NCBI GenBank assembly: GCA_030616605.1 | Contig: JAUWWY010000001.1 | Span: forward strand, 132,251-196,250 | Direction of reading: 5' to 3' | Length of the DNA: 64,000 bases | DNA from: a bacterium | GTDB lineage: Bacteria > Patescibacteriota > Minisyncoccia > Minisyncoccales > CG1-02-41-26 | Shown here: one piece after another, positions 33,001 to 41,272 of the stretch | Numbering within the stretch: position 1 is the stretch's first letter | How the letters are laid out: every line of letters starts with the position of its first letter | The notes under the pieces: model-generated | What the model was told of the DNA's origin: nothing | The model's input: only the letters and a program-made list of their open reading frames with translations | Databases searched by the model: none | Made by a program: the position numbers and the translations under genes

Positions 33001-35299
33001 CACTGGTTCAGCAAGTTTGAATATTACCGATGGAGTTGCGCCAACAGGATATACTGTTACCATTGACCAATCTTACATTAACAACAGCAACCAAACCGCG
33101 CTTTCCTTTATTTTTGCCAATGCTGAAGTAGACGCAACATATAATTACTCAATAGATAGTTCAGGAGGCGGCACAACCGTAACAAGCAATGGAATAATTA
33201 CAGCTACTAACCAACAAATTATAGGCATTAATGTTGCTGGTTTAAATGACGGCACATTAACTTTAACTGTTTATTTAACCGACCAAGCTGACAATCAAGG
33301 CAATACTGTTACTGATGCAGTGGTTAAAGATATAGTTGCGCCAACAACATCTGATGATTATGTTAGTAAAGATGATATTTGGCAGAATACCGATCAAACG
33401 ATTACTTTAACTCCTGTTGACACAACATCAGGAGTAGTAACTACCAAATATTGCACAGACACAGAAAATAATTGCGATCCAGCAAACGATTATACTCAAG
33501 CAGTTATGATTAATACCGAAGGCATAACCTATTTTAGATATACTTCCACAGATAATGCTGGGAATGTTCAGGAAACAGTTTCAAGAACAGTTAAGATAGA
33601 CGAAACAGCGCCTGTAACAACAGACGATGTACCTTTAGGCTGGCAAACGGCTGATGTAACAGTAACTTTAACCTGTGATGACTCTATTGGTGGAAATTCA
33701 GGTTGCTTAAAAGTTTATTACACAACTGATGATTCAGACCCAACAACTGCTTCATTTTTTGTTGATGCGGGTAGTAGTTGGCAATTCACTGTCTCAATTG
33801 ATGGAGATTATACAGTAAAATACAGAGGTGAAGATGTAGTAGGTAATCTGGAAGCAGTAAAGACAGCAGCTAATTCTCTACAGTTGGATAAAACAGCCCC
33901 TGATATTACCAATTTCTCGCCATCAGATGGCTCTATTACATCCGACACCACTCCTACTATTAGCGCAGATTTTACTGAAACTGGTTCCGGGATTGATATT
34001 AGTAGTGTAATTATTACAGTCAACGACACTGATGTAACTGTTTTTGCTACTATCGATACTAATAGCGTTAGTTATACACCAGGTAGCGCTATGTCAAATG
34101 GCATCAAAACAGTTACTCTTGGTGTTAGTGATGTGACTGGTAATGCGGCTAGTCAATCCTCTTGGAGTTTTGAAGTAGCTGCTACCGTAGCATCAGTTAG
34201 TGTAACCATTGATAAATCAAGTTTAATGGCTGATGGTAGTACCCAGGTTAAAATAACGGCTTTAGTATTAGATAGTGGTACTCTAGTAACCAGCGGTAAT
34301 GTTGTTTTTGCTACTGTTATTGGTACTTTAACTTCCGCCTCTGTGGACTTAGATGCAAGCGGTAAAGCTATAACATATTTAACCTCTAATGAAGTTGGGG
34401 AAACCACTGTGACTGCTTCCTATAATGGACCAAGTGGATTAGTTTCTGGAACTGTTAATGTTACTTTCACAGCTACGCCAAAAACTATATCAGTAGTTTC
34501 CAGTCTTAGTAGTGTGCCGGCTGATGGAGTGACTCAATCCACCATTACTGTTACAATATTGGACAATAATAATCCAATAGACGGCGGAACAGTTAATTTC
34601 AGCACTAATCTAGGCGTTTTAATCTCGAATAGCGAGGTCTCTAATGTCGATGGTGAAGCCAGTGTAACTATAACTTCTTCAGCTATTGGTTTAGCTACCA
34701 TAATAATTAGTTATAATACCGGCGATGAGACGATTAGCGATACAGCTGAGGTTGATTTTACAGGAGAAGTGACTACTTATAATATTCCTTTATCTACTGG
34801 TTGGAATTTGATTTCTTTGCCGTTGATACCAGAAAATACGACTATTGAAAATGTTCTAGCTGATATAAACGGTGATGTTGATATAGTTTGGTATTATAAC
34901 GCTAACGCTGGCAGTTGGTTAAACTACAAGCCAGAAATTGGTGGTAATTTAACCACAATGGAAGACGGAAAGGGGTATTGGATATTTATGAATAATACTG
35001 ATACTTTAACTATAATTGGAAGCGAGATGCCTGCCGGAGGGCCAGAAGAACCAACCAGTTATTCTGTGGTCGGAAATAAATGGAATCTTATTGGCTTTAA
35101 ATCTGTCATCAGTATGCCAGTTAAAAATTACATTACCCAGATAGGTAATAACGATGTTTTATGGGTATACAAAAAATACGAAAATGAAGAAAATGAAGAA
35201 TATGTCCTAGTTCATCCATCAGGCACTAACAGCATGGAATCTGGTTATGGATACTGGTTATATCCTTACGATGGCTATTCGATAGTACCCACTGACTAA
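30098..35299 (+). CDS. giant secreted Ig-like repeat surface protein (adhesin/S-layer-like)
   Basis: Signal peptide ..FFVANSALA. Many repeats about 100 aa long end in (F/Y)x(V/I)D(T/N)xxP(T/M)V. DNIAPVITLLG domain. Two invasin-type Big_1-like domains (ADGSTQVKITALVLD, ADGVTQSTITVTILD). Confidence 0.85.
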   Translation: MNKTYLFIGSKFLRSSKKGFFVILTTVLFLSGFFVANSALALNSITVNSPNEGEYLSGIQDITWTADCVEGDAVNIYYSTDDFVNQSVKIDGNLTCSDGSYSWNTTGVNDGDYKIRVTDSNDPHVYDTSGFFTVDNTSPAIQTTTLTSPNGDENWAGDSNQTISWTAGDITDTNLGTNSIGFYYTTDGDVWNTIAENQTNSGSYPWTIPTINSATVKVKIVVTDLASNTASDESNAVFTIDSIYPTATVIVSVDSITDSSLEQTITVTYSESMDVNTEPIITITGLVSSYNVTGGTWSKITNDNDTYTVIQVINDNNEETIATVEVSGAVDLAGNTQEPNNTETFEVDTKNPTVVSAVASPDPAKDGTVTVTITFSEEMDTNTSPIIQITGITGSPIVNQTSYVDDTWTGTFTLVDNDEEKPATISVTGGVDLVGNVMDDNLAAGTFVVDTIDPTVSLISQSTALITDTTNSFMVTVDYSEAMDQSLAPTVSFSLDVSSTLTLASGSWSDSDTYIATYDVVDADVEMDDVDIFVMGATDPAGNEQEAGSLIDAFDIDTKNPTVELTDDQIEDNIVRDADTVVITAVFIEANEINETVAPKITIGTVVTGAIMTEVDDTNLQWTYTWDVPAGNDGIADVSITATDMAGNSNAAATGEVSYTIDNISPMVELTYNPNRPVRDADTVEITATFNEPMASAPTVAIDTTETDLVATAMSGNGTVWTYQHDVPTGSDGNATVMISGTDIAGNPNETATNNTFIIDNIAPVITLLGQVTVEIETGEEYTDAGATVDETVEVTTSGSVNNSIVGEYILTYNAVDLAGNTAESKIRTVNVVAPTLINMTASDVSQKQDLEFIVEINSKGNVRDSQNDHLVRFYGVIPGLTANEITFLGSNIPAVVTDSTERGYAGADTDDLVLAWGPEGGFPIGDAESAYESEGGLSTTFNAMVSKQADYAISFKMYDFTKNAVPATGSASLNITDGVAPTGYTVTIDQSYINNSNQTALSFIFANAEVDATYNYSIDSSGGGTTVTSNGIITATNQQIIGINVAGLNDGTLTLTVYLTDQADNQGNTVTDAVVKDIVAPTTSDDYVSKDDIWQNTDQTITLTPVDTTSGVVTTKYCTDTENNCDPANDYTQAVMINTEGITYFRYTSTDNAGNVQETVSRTVKIDETAPVTTDDVPLGWQTADVTVTLTCDDSIGGNSGCLKVYYTTDDSDPTTASFFVDAGSSWQFTVSIDGDYTVKYRGEDVVGNLEAVKTAANSLQLDKTAPDITNFSPSDGSITSDTTPTISADFTETGSGIDISSVIITVNDTDVTVFATIDTNSVSYTPGSAMSNGIKTVTLGVSDVTGNAASQSSWSFEVAATVASVSVTIDKSSLMADGSTQVKITALVLDSGTLVTSGNVVFATVIGTLTSASVDLDASGKAITYLTSNEVGETTVTASYNGPSGLVSGTVNVTFTATPKTISVVSSLSSVPADGVTQSTITVTILDNNNPIDGGTVNFSTNLGVLISNSEVSNVDGEASVTITSSAIGLATIIISYNTGDETISDTAEVDFTGEVTTYNIPLSTGWNLISLPLIPENTTIENVLADINGDVDIVWYYNANAGSWLNYKPEIGGNLTTMEDGKGYWIFMNNTDTLTIIGSEMPAGGPEEPTSYSVVGNKWNLIGFKSVISMPVKNYITQIGNNDVLWVYKKYENEENEEYVLVHPSGTNSMESGYGYWLYPYDGYSIVPTD

Positions 35300-35313
35300 A
35301 AAGGAAAATAATT

Positions 35314-35922
35314 ATGAAGGAAATAAAACGATTAGCAATTATAATAGCAGTGCTTACTTTAGTTTTTCCTGTGGTGGGTTTAACTGAATCACCGCCACCG
35401 ATACCACTTTTGGTATACGGTAATATTACTATAGACGGCCAATCGGCTCCTCTTGATACAGAAATTTCAGCAAAGATAGAAGAAGTAGAAGTTGCTGTTG
35501 CCACTATGATAAAAGAAGGTATATATTTTATTGAAATTCCTGATGGTAAGGTTAATGAAGGAAAAATTATAATATTTAAAGTTAATGGGATTACTGATGA
35601 TAATAATCAGCGTGAGTGTGTTAACATTGATACAATTCCTAGTATAAGGTTTGATTTAGCCATTATTACTCCGTCTCCTCCGGCTCCTTCCACTCCTCCC
35701 TCCGGAGGCGGAGGAGGTGGCGGTGGAGGAAGCACTACCCCTCTACCAACTGACTATGAAATAGGAGATACTAATAAAGATGGCAAAGTAGATAAATATG
35801 ATTTTTCCTTAATGATGGCTGATTGGGGAAAAACAGGAACAAATAATTCTGATTTAAACAACGACAATAAAGTAGACAAATATGATTTCGCTCTTTTGAT
35901 GTTAGATTGGAGCACGATATAA
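35314..35922 (+). CDS. secreted dockerin-domain protein
   Basis: Signal peptide, Pro/Gly9 linker, and duplicated Ca-binding F-hand segments GDTNKDGKVDKYDFSLMM and DLNNDNKVDKYDFALLML (about 35764-35913). Confidence 0.7.
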   Translation: MKEIKRLAIIIAVLTLVFPVVGLTESPPPIPLLVYGNITIDGQSAPLDTEISAKIEEVEVAVATMIKEGIYFIEIPDGKVNEGKIIIFKVNGITDDNNQRECVNIDTIPSIRFDLAIITPSPPAPSTPPSGGGGGGGGGSTTPLPTDYEIGDTNKDGKVDKYDFSLMMADWGKTGTNNSDLNNDNKVDKYDFALLMLDWSTI

Positions 35923-35932
35923 AATAAAAAAT

Positions 35933-36820
35933 ATGAAAAAAGATAAAATTACAATTTTAGTTTTAGGATTTATTACTGTTTTAATCACTGGATTTGCTTT
36001 TTATAATCCAGTAGAGGCCGCAGATACTTCAGTTTATGTTTCACCAGAGAGTTTAAGTAAAGAAGTAGGGGACATATTTAATGTATCTGTAAAGGTTAAT
36101 CCGGCTGGAGAAAAAGTTTGTGCGGTTGAGGGTAATTTGAATTTGGATAAACTCTCCTGTCTGAGTATTACGCTCGGAGAAGGAATTATGGCCCAAAGTT
36201 CACCCTCTTGTAGTAATCTTTACTTTTTGTTTGGAATTCCCGGTTGCAGTACTAAAGATAAGACATTATTCACAATTAGAGTAAGGGCAAAAAGTGCTGG
36301 TACTGCTACTATAGGTTTTACAGGAATTGATATTATCGGAGAGGGTGTTCCAATTTCTTCTAATTCGTCAGAAGGTAGTTATAGTATAGTAATACCAGAG
36401 ACAATTTTACCTCCAATAACACCAATATGTAATTGTGATAGCTGGAGTTCGTGGCAAAAAGGAGATTGTGGAGAAGAAAATTGTATTCCTACTCAACTCC
36501 TTCAAACTCGGACCCGAACCTGCGAACCAGTTGGTTGTGAACTTGAAGCTGAAAAACGCTGTATAGATGATGCTTACTGTGCTTCGTTACCAGCAACCAC
36601 AACAAAAGAAGATGAAGAAGAAAGTGAAAAAGAAAGTGATGAAGTTACCATGACTGATTCTGTAGAAACTGAATCACTTTTCTTAGCAACAATTGGAAAT
36701 ATCTTTTCCCTTGGAACAGGTAATACATTGGTGGCAATTCTTGTAGGACTGATAATTTTAGCGATATTAATTTACTGTTCCTATTATCTGTACAAAAAAC
36801 GCTGTAAAAAACTTAAATAG
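35933..36820 (+). CDS. membrane-anchored protein with cohesin-like domain and thrombospondin type-1-like Cys module
   Basis: A beta-sandwich-like region at aa 29-150 resembles cohesin. WSSWQKGDCG..TRTRTC..GC..C module. Acidic linker. C-terminal TM plus KKRCKKLK. Confidence 0.5.
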   Translation: MKKDKITILVLGFITVLITGFAFYNPVEAADTSVYVSPESLSKEVGDIFNVSVKVNPAGEKVCAVEGNLNLDKLSCLSITLGEGIMAQSSPSCSNLYFLFGIPGCSTKDKTLFTIRVRAKSAGTATIGFTGIDIIGEGVPISSNSSEGSYSIVIPETILPPITPICNCDSWSSWQKGDCGEENCIPTQLLQTRTRTCEPVGCELEAEKRCIDDAYCASLPATTTKEDEEESEKESDEVTMTDSVETESLFLATIGNIFSLGTGNTLVAILVGLIILAILIYCSYYLYKKRCKKLK

Positions 36821-36847
36821 ATATTTATCTCTCTTAAGTTTCGAAGC

Positions 36848-36885
36848 ACCAAAAAATCGCCAAGAAGGCGATTTTTTGGTAATTA
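36848..36885. terminator. T-P module copy 1 (14-bp bidirectional hairpin plus TGGTAATTA)
   Basis: ACCAAAAAATCGCC-aagaa-GGCGATTTTTTGGT. Confidence 0.75.
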
Positions 36886-37217
36886 AAAAAGAAAAGGGGG
36901 AAGCACACTTGGTAGGTACCAGCAGTATGCTTCCCCTTAATTCGGAGACTCTCGAGAACCCGCTTAAGAGAGAGGTATTGCACTGTCGACTTCACAGAAG
37001 CTGGCGCCTCTGCTTCGTTGTCTCCCTCTTATTCTACACACTTAAGAGATTCTCCAGGGCGCTTTTCACAACCTTAGGGTTGTTACTTTCACAAGAGTCA
37101 GACGACCGGGATTCGAACCCAACTTCTCCAACCTTCAGGAACGGCTTTGGACTACGTCCAAATTCCCCAAAGACTTAACGGAGCGCTTACCAGAAGCTCG
37201 CCTTTTTTCCGAACCCT
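36886..37217 (-). ncRNA. unclassified GC-rich structured RNA candidate (about 330 nt)
   Basis: About 50% GC within an AT-rich background. Minus-strand TTGACA (37252-37247) with an AAATAT -10. Minus-strand terminator GGGGAAGCA..TGCTTCCCC plus CTTTTCTTTTTT. Dense nested helices. The plus-strand ORF is not protein-like. Confidence 0.45.
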
Positions 37218-37258
37218 AAATCTATATTTATTCAGAAACTATAATTTGTCAAGTAGGT

Positions 37259-37397
37259 TCTAATGTTGTCCACGACTCCCAGTATCAAAAATTCCATCGC
37301 TGGGTGATTTTTTATTTTAACTTGACTTTCAAGTAGAAAAGGTGATAGTTTGAAATTAGTAAAGGTCGATTAAAAAATAATTAAAAAAAATAAAAAT
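37259..37397 (+). promoter_or_regulatory. upstream module U, copy A (terminator-like hairpin, promoter, 46-nt 5'UTR)
   Basis: TTGACT (37322)-N18-TAGTTT with a TG extension. 64 nt (37321-37384) are identical to 38530-38593. Confidence 0.7.
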
Positions 37398-38336
37398 ATG
37401 AAAAAATTACTAATAGGATTAATAATAGCGGCCTTTTTAGTGGCATCGGTGGGAATAGTGATGGCAAAAGATACCCAGAATAATGGACAACCATTCAAGG
37501 AGCTATGGGATGCTATAAATGAGATACGGAATCAAACAACATCTCTCTGGGATGCTATAACCAATATTGAGTTAATACCCGGACCACAGGGTCCTCAAGG
37601 CGAACAAGGTCCAGAAGGTCCACAAGGACCAAAAGGAGATAAAGGTGACAAAGGAGATACTGGAGCAATAGGTCCACAAGGAGAACTAGGACCAGAAGGG
37701 ACATGCAGTTGTCCATTTACAATAGAAGAATATCAGAGCCTTGTATCAAGAGTTGAGGTACTTGAAAATGCTTTTGGTTTTAAGTGGGAAGGAGATAATG
37801 TTGAACCCTGGCTTCATGATAATTATCAAGTATTTGATCCAACCAAGACAATAAGCAGATGTGGTTCTCCGGGTGTATGGAATTGTCCGCATGAAACCTT
37901 TGCAACATCTGATGGAAATATTACACTATTTGATTCAGGACCAAAACATGCAGACACACGGTATCAGGGAGACGGCATGAAATTCTGGTTAGAAGATATA
38001 CAAGTATTACCAGGAGCTGAATATGTGGTTGAGTTCTATATATCAGACCTTGATGCACACGGTGAAGGAAATCTTAAATCATATACACCTGGATGGACAT
38101 TGTATGTAGTAGAAGGTAATACTGTTTTAGAAACTCTTAGTGAACCATGGGGAACAAAAAGATGCAATGATTGTAATCCAGATCCAAATTCATTAGGAGA
38201 AAGGATGCTCACATTTACGCCATCACATGACAAGATTAGTTTCTACTTTGTCCATTCTTATGGATCTAGCCAATCTTCTTCAAGCATATATCATGTAAAG
38301 ATGGCATTGGACTATTTCTATGTAACAGTAAAGTGA
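37398..38336 (+). CDS. secreted collagen-like triple-helix repeat protein
   Basis: Signal anchor, then 13 G-X-Y triplets [40 protein letters not shown] (37581-37700), then a globular Cys-containing C-terminus. Confidence 0.8.
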   Translation: MKKLLIGLIIAAFLVASVGIVMAKDTQNNGQPFKELWDAINEIRNQTTSLWDAITNIELIPGPQGPQGEQGPEGPQGPKGDKGDKGDTGAIGPQGELGPEGTCSCPFTIEEYQSLVSRVEVLENAFGFKWEGDNVEPWLHDNYQVFDPTKTISRCGSPGVWNCPHETFATSDGNITLFDSGPKHADTRYQGDGMKFWLEDIQVLPGAEYVVEFYISDLDAHGEGNLKSYTPGWTLYVVEGNTVLETLSEPWGTKRCNDCNPDPNSLGERMLTFTPSHDKISFYFVHSYGSSQSSSSIYHVKMALDYFYVTVK

Positions 38337-38378
38337 AATAGCTGATATGTTAATAACATATGCAAATAATGTTATAGC

Positions 38379-38414
38379 GCAGATAAACGATATCCCGCAG
38401 ATAAACGATATCCC
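38379..38414 (+). repeat. perfect 18-bp tandem duplication
   Basis: GCAGATAAACGATATCCC occurs twice. The palindrome ATATGTTA-A-TAACATAT lies at 38345-38361. Confidence 0.8.
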
Positions 38415-38467
38415 TTAGAAGTTCTTAGTCATACAATAAGTGAATGAAATTTTAGTCTACGAGAGGC

Positions 38468-38606
38468 TCTAATATTGTCCAAGTCCCAGAAGTCAACAAA
38501 AAACCCATCTCTGGGCAGTTTTTTATTAGCTTGACTTTCAAGTAGAAAAGGTGATAGTTTGAAATTAGTAAAGGTCGATTAAAAAATAATTAATAAAAAT
38601 AAAAAT
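38468..38606 (+). promoter_or_regulatory. upstream module U, copy B
   Basis: Same as copy A: TTGACT at 38531, TAGTTT at 38555. Confidence 0.7.
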
Positions 38607-39926
38607 ATGAAAAAAATATTTTTGTTTGGAATATTATTAGTAGTGATATTATCAGTTGCTATTGTTGGAGTAAAAGCAATAACAGCAGAAAACGGTACTT
38701 GTGTTATCATACCTAACCAGGGTTCTAATGCAGAACATTTAGGACAGGGTGTAGAAAACCAAGCAGGTAGTGTTTGTGATGCAACTGCAGATGGTGGTTG
38801 TGGAGCTTGTGTTGAACAATGTATTCAGTTCAGGAAGATAAAAAACTCATTTGGCTGTGATTTATGTGGAGGAGATGGCTTCTGTAATCCAATGTGTGCA
38901 GCTGGAGAGGATCCTGAAGTGGATCCTGATTGTATCGTATGTGTAGATAATGATGAAGATGGTTATGATGCAATAACTCCAATCTGTCCAACAGGTGATG
39001 ATTGTAATGATAATAATGCTAATGTATATCCTGGAGCAACTGAAGTTTGTGATGGAGTAGATAATGATTGTGATTCTAGTGTAGATGAGGATTATATAGA
39101 AACTTCTACAAGCTGTGGTGTTGGAGAATGTTCAGCTAATGGTTTATTGCAATGTATTGCTGGAAGTGAAGTAGATTCTTGTACAGCTGGTACTCCTAGT
39201 GCAGAAGTTTGTGACGGTCTAGATAATGATTGTGATGATTTAATAGATGAGAATTTGGGTAGCACAACATGTGGAATAGGAAAGTGTCAAGTTACCATAC
39301 AGAATTGTATTGGGGGTGTAGTACAAACTTGTATGCAAGGAAGTTCAACACCCGAAGTCTGTATTGATGGAATTATAAGCCCAGGAGAATGGGACCCTGC
39401 AGATACCATAGGGTTAGTGTTAGACTTGACAGTTAATGTACCTGAAGGAGGAACAACGCCAGCAAGATTATATGTAATGAATGATGCCGCTAATTTATAT
39501 CTTGCTCTGCGATTTGAACGCACTGTGGCTGATCCAGGAAATTCCTTGTCTTTTGAGTTTGATAATGACAATGATGGAATAAGGGAAGAAGGAGATGACG
39601 CAATCGTGTACAATGCAGCATCTGGCTTTTATGATGACTTCCGGATGCTACACGATGGCAGATGGGGCGGACCTAAAGATATAGCTTATGGCGGCACCAG
39701 TGATGGGGAAGGAGCCTTCTTAAATGATGGAACATATAGTGTTTACGAAATGTCGCATCCGCTTGACAGCGCAGATGACCTGCATGACTTTTCTCTGAGC
39801 CAAGGATATACTATCGGCTTTTATTTTCATCTAAGGATGATAGGGCCTGGTGGGGTATGGCCAGAGGATTATGGCGAGACTTATTACCCATCATATGGAA
39901 ATTACATGCAATTCACAGTAAATTAA
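38607..39926 (+). CDS. secreted Cys-rich protein with MopE-type putative metal-binding repeats and a C-terminal beta-sandwich (CBM9/DOMON-like) domain
   Basis: Repeats of the form DCNDNNANVYPGATEVCDGVDNDCD and EVCDGLDNDCDDLIDE. Confidence 0.6.
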   Translation: MKKIFLFGILLVVILSVAIVGVKAITAENGTCVIIPNQGSNAEHLGQGVENQAGSVCDATADGGCGACVEQCIQFRKIKNSFGCDLCGGDGFCNPMCAAGEDPEVDPDCIVCVDNDEDGYDAITPICPTGDDCNDNNANVYPGATEVCDGVDNDCDSSVDEDYIETSTSCGVGECSANGLLQCIAGSEVDSCTAGTPSAEVCDGLDNDCDDLIDENLGSTTCGIGKCQVTIQNCIGGVVQTCMQGSSTPEVCIDGIISPGEWDPADTIGLVLDLTVNVPEGGTTPARLYVMNDAANLYLALRFERTVADPGNSLSFEFDNDNDGIREEGDDAIVYNAASGFYDDFRMLHDGRWGGPKDIAYGGTSDGEGAFLNDGTYSVYEMSHPLDSADDLHDFSLSQGYTIGFYFHLRMIGPGGVWPEDYGETYYPSYGNYMQFTVN

Positions 39927-39970
39927 GAATTGATTTGGATAGAGATATACCAATTAAATGAACATAAAAT

Positions 39971-40065
39971 AAAGACTTATCGTCGGTAAATTCGTTATTT
40001 GAAAATTTCGAACCTGCCACAATTTAGCCCCGATATTCATCGGGGCTAAATAGTTTAGATTGAAC
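39971..40065 (+). repeat. downstream module D, copy 1 (gene-end relic plus terminator)
   Basis: About 90% identical to 43419-43513. Terminator TTTAGCCCCGAT-attc-ATCGGGGCTAAA at 40023-40050. Confidence 0.75.
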
Positions 40066-40095
40066 ATCGCCAAGAGGGCGATTTTTTGGTAAAGT
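40066..40095 (+). promoter_or_regulatory. T-P module copy 2
   Basis: ATCGCC-aagag-GGCGAT-T6, then TGGTAAAGT. The ATG lies 6 nt after the -10. Confidence 0.65.
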
Positions 40096-40101
40096 AAATC
40101 A

Positions 40102-41229
40102 ATGGAACCATTAGCTTCAAAAATCAGACCAAAGACCTTGAAAGAATTCGTGGGTCAGAGTCATTTAGTTGGCGAAGGAAAACCTTTGAATGTTGCCATA
40201 AAGCAAAAGCATCTGTTTTCGTTTGTTTTTTGGGGTCCGCCGGGAACCGGAAAAACAACTCTGGCGAAAATATATGCCAAAAGTTTGAATGCCAAGCTTT
40301 ACGAATTATCTGCGGTTTCCGCCGGCAAAGCAGATATCAGGAAAATAATTGAGGAAGATACGAAAAACTATCCCAAAGTTTTATTCTTGGACGAAATTCA
40401 CCGCTTCAATAAGGCCCAGCAGGATTTTCTGCTTCCTTATGTGGAAAGAGGGGATATGACTTTAATCGGAGCCACTACGGAAAATCCAAGTTTTGAAATA
40501 ATTGCGCCTTTGCTTTCACGCTGCAGGATTTTTGTTTTGTACGAACTTTCAGATAAAGAGATGGAAACCATCATTAAACGAACCAAATTCAAATTAGACA
40601 AGAAATCAATTGACTGGCTGATTAATATGGCAAACGGAGACGCAAGGCAGGCCATTACCATGCTTGAAAACACGAACGAACTTTATAAGAAGATCACTGT
40701 GGAAAATCTAAAGAACGCCTTGCAGTCAAAGTTCTTAAGATACGATAAAGTAGGGGAGGAACATTATAATACTATTTCAGCTTTTATTAAAAGCATGAGA
40801 GCAAGCCAGTCGGATGCGGCTTTATATTATTTAGCGCGGATGATTGATTCTGGCGAAAATCCCAAATTCATAGCAAGGAGAATGGTTATTTTCGCTTCAG
40901 AGGACATAGGCTTGGCCCAGCCCACAGCTTTGGTGGTAGCTAACGATGTTTTTAGAGCCGTGGAAATAATCGGGTTGCCCGAGTGTGGCATTAACTTGGC
41001 GCACGGAGTAGTTTATCTGTGCCAATGCAAAAAAGACAGAAGCGCCTACGAGGCCTATATGAAAGCTATGGAAGATGTTAAAAAATACGGAAACTTATCC
41101 ATACCTTTGCATTTGCGGAATCCGGAAACAAAACTAATGAAAGAACTGAATTACGGCAAAGGATATGAAAAATACTCCAAGGAATCTTTTCTGCCCGATA
41201 AGTTGAAAGGAAAGAAATACTTACAGTAA
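40102..41229 (+). CDS. rarA: replication-associated recombination protein A (MgsA/RarA AAA+ ATPase), short form
   Basis: FWGPPGTGKTTLA, LFLDEIHRFNKAQQD, and MgsA_C-like ISAFIKSMRASQSDAALYYL. Confidence 0.8.
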   Translation: MEPLASKIRPKTLKEFVGQSHLVGEGKPLNVAIKQKHLFSFVFWGPPGTGKTTLAKIYAKSLNAKLYELSAVSAGKADIRKIIEEDTKNYPKVLFLDEIHRFNKAQQDFLLPYVERGDMTLIGATTENPSFEIIAPLLSRCRIFVLYELSDKEMETIIKRTKFKLDKKSIDWLINMANGDARQAITMLENTNELYKKITVENLKNALQSKFLRYDKVGEEHYNTISAFIKSMRASQSDAALYYLARMIDSGENPKFIARRMVIFASEDIGLAQPTALVVANDVFRAVEIIGLPECGINLAHGVVYLCQCKKDRSAYEAYMKAMEDVKKYGNLSIPLHLRNPETKLMKELNYGKGYEKYSKESFLPDKLKGKKYLQ

Positions 41230-41242
41230 CTTTTACCGAAAA

Positions 41243-41261
41243 GGCGATTTTTTGGTAGAAT
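41243..41261 (+). promoter_or_regulatory. T-P module copy 3 (left arm lost)
   Basis: GGCGATTTTTTGGTAGAAT. The ATG lies 11 nt after the -10. Confidence 0.55.
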
Positions 41262-41272
41262 AAGAAAAGAGT

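Noticed and set aside
30423-35504. Several 60-108-aa ORFs in other frames or strands within the adhesin and neighbouring surface-protein genes
   Set aside because: They are nested in long, repeat-rich, clearly coding frames. These are typical shadow ORFs.
37106-37122. T-arm-like hairpin (minus strand TTGGG-TTCGAAT-CCCGG) as a tRNA or tmRNA gene
   Set aside because: No 7-bp acceptor partner lies at the right distance; the best candidate gives only 38 nt before the T arm. There is no anticodon arm with a 5-bp stem and 7-nt loop, no CCA, and no tag ORF ending in a stop. The position near the 5' end rather than the 3' end argues against standard tmRNA.
36876-37178. 100-aa plus-strand ORF in the GC-rich block
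   Set aside because: The peptide is low-complexity and Arg/Ser/Leu-biased, with no start context. The DNA is packed with stable hairpins and has RNA-type promoter and terminator signals. It is treated as an RNA locus instead.
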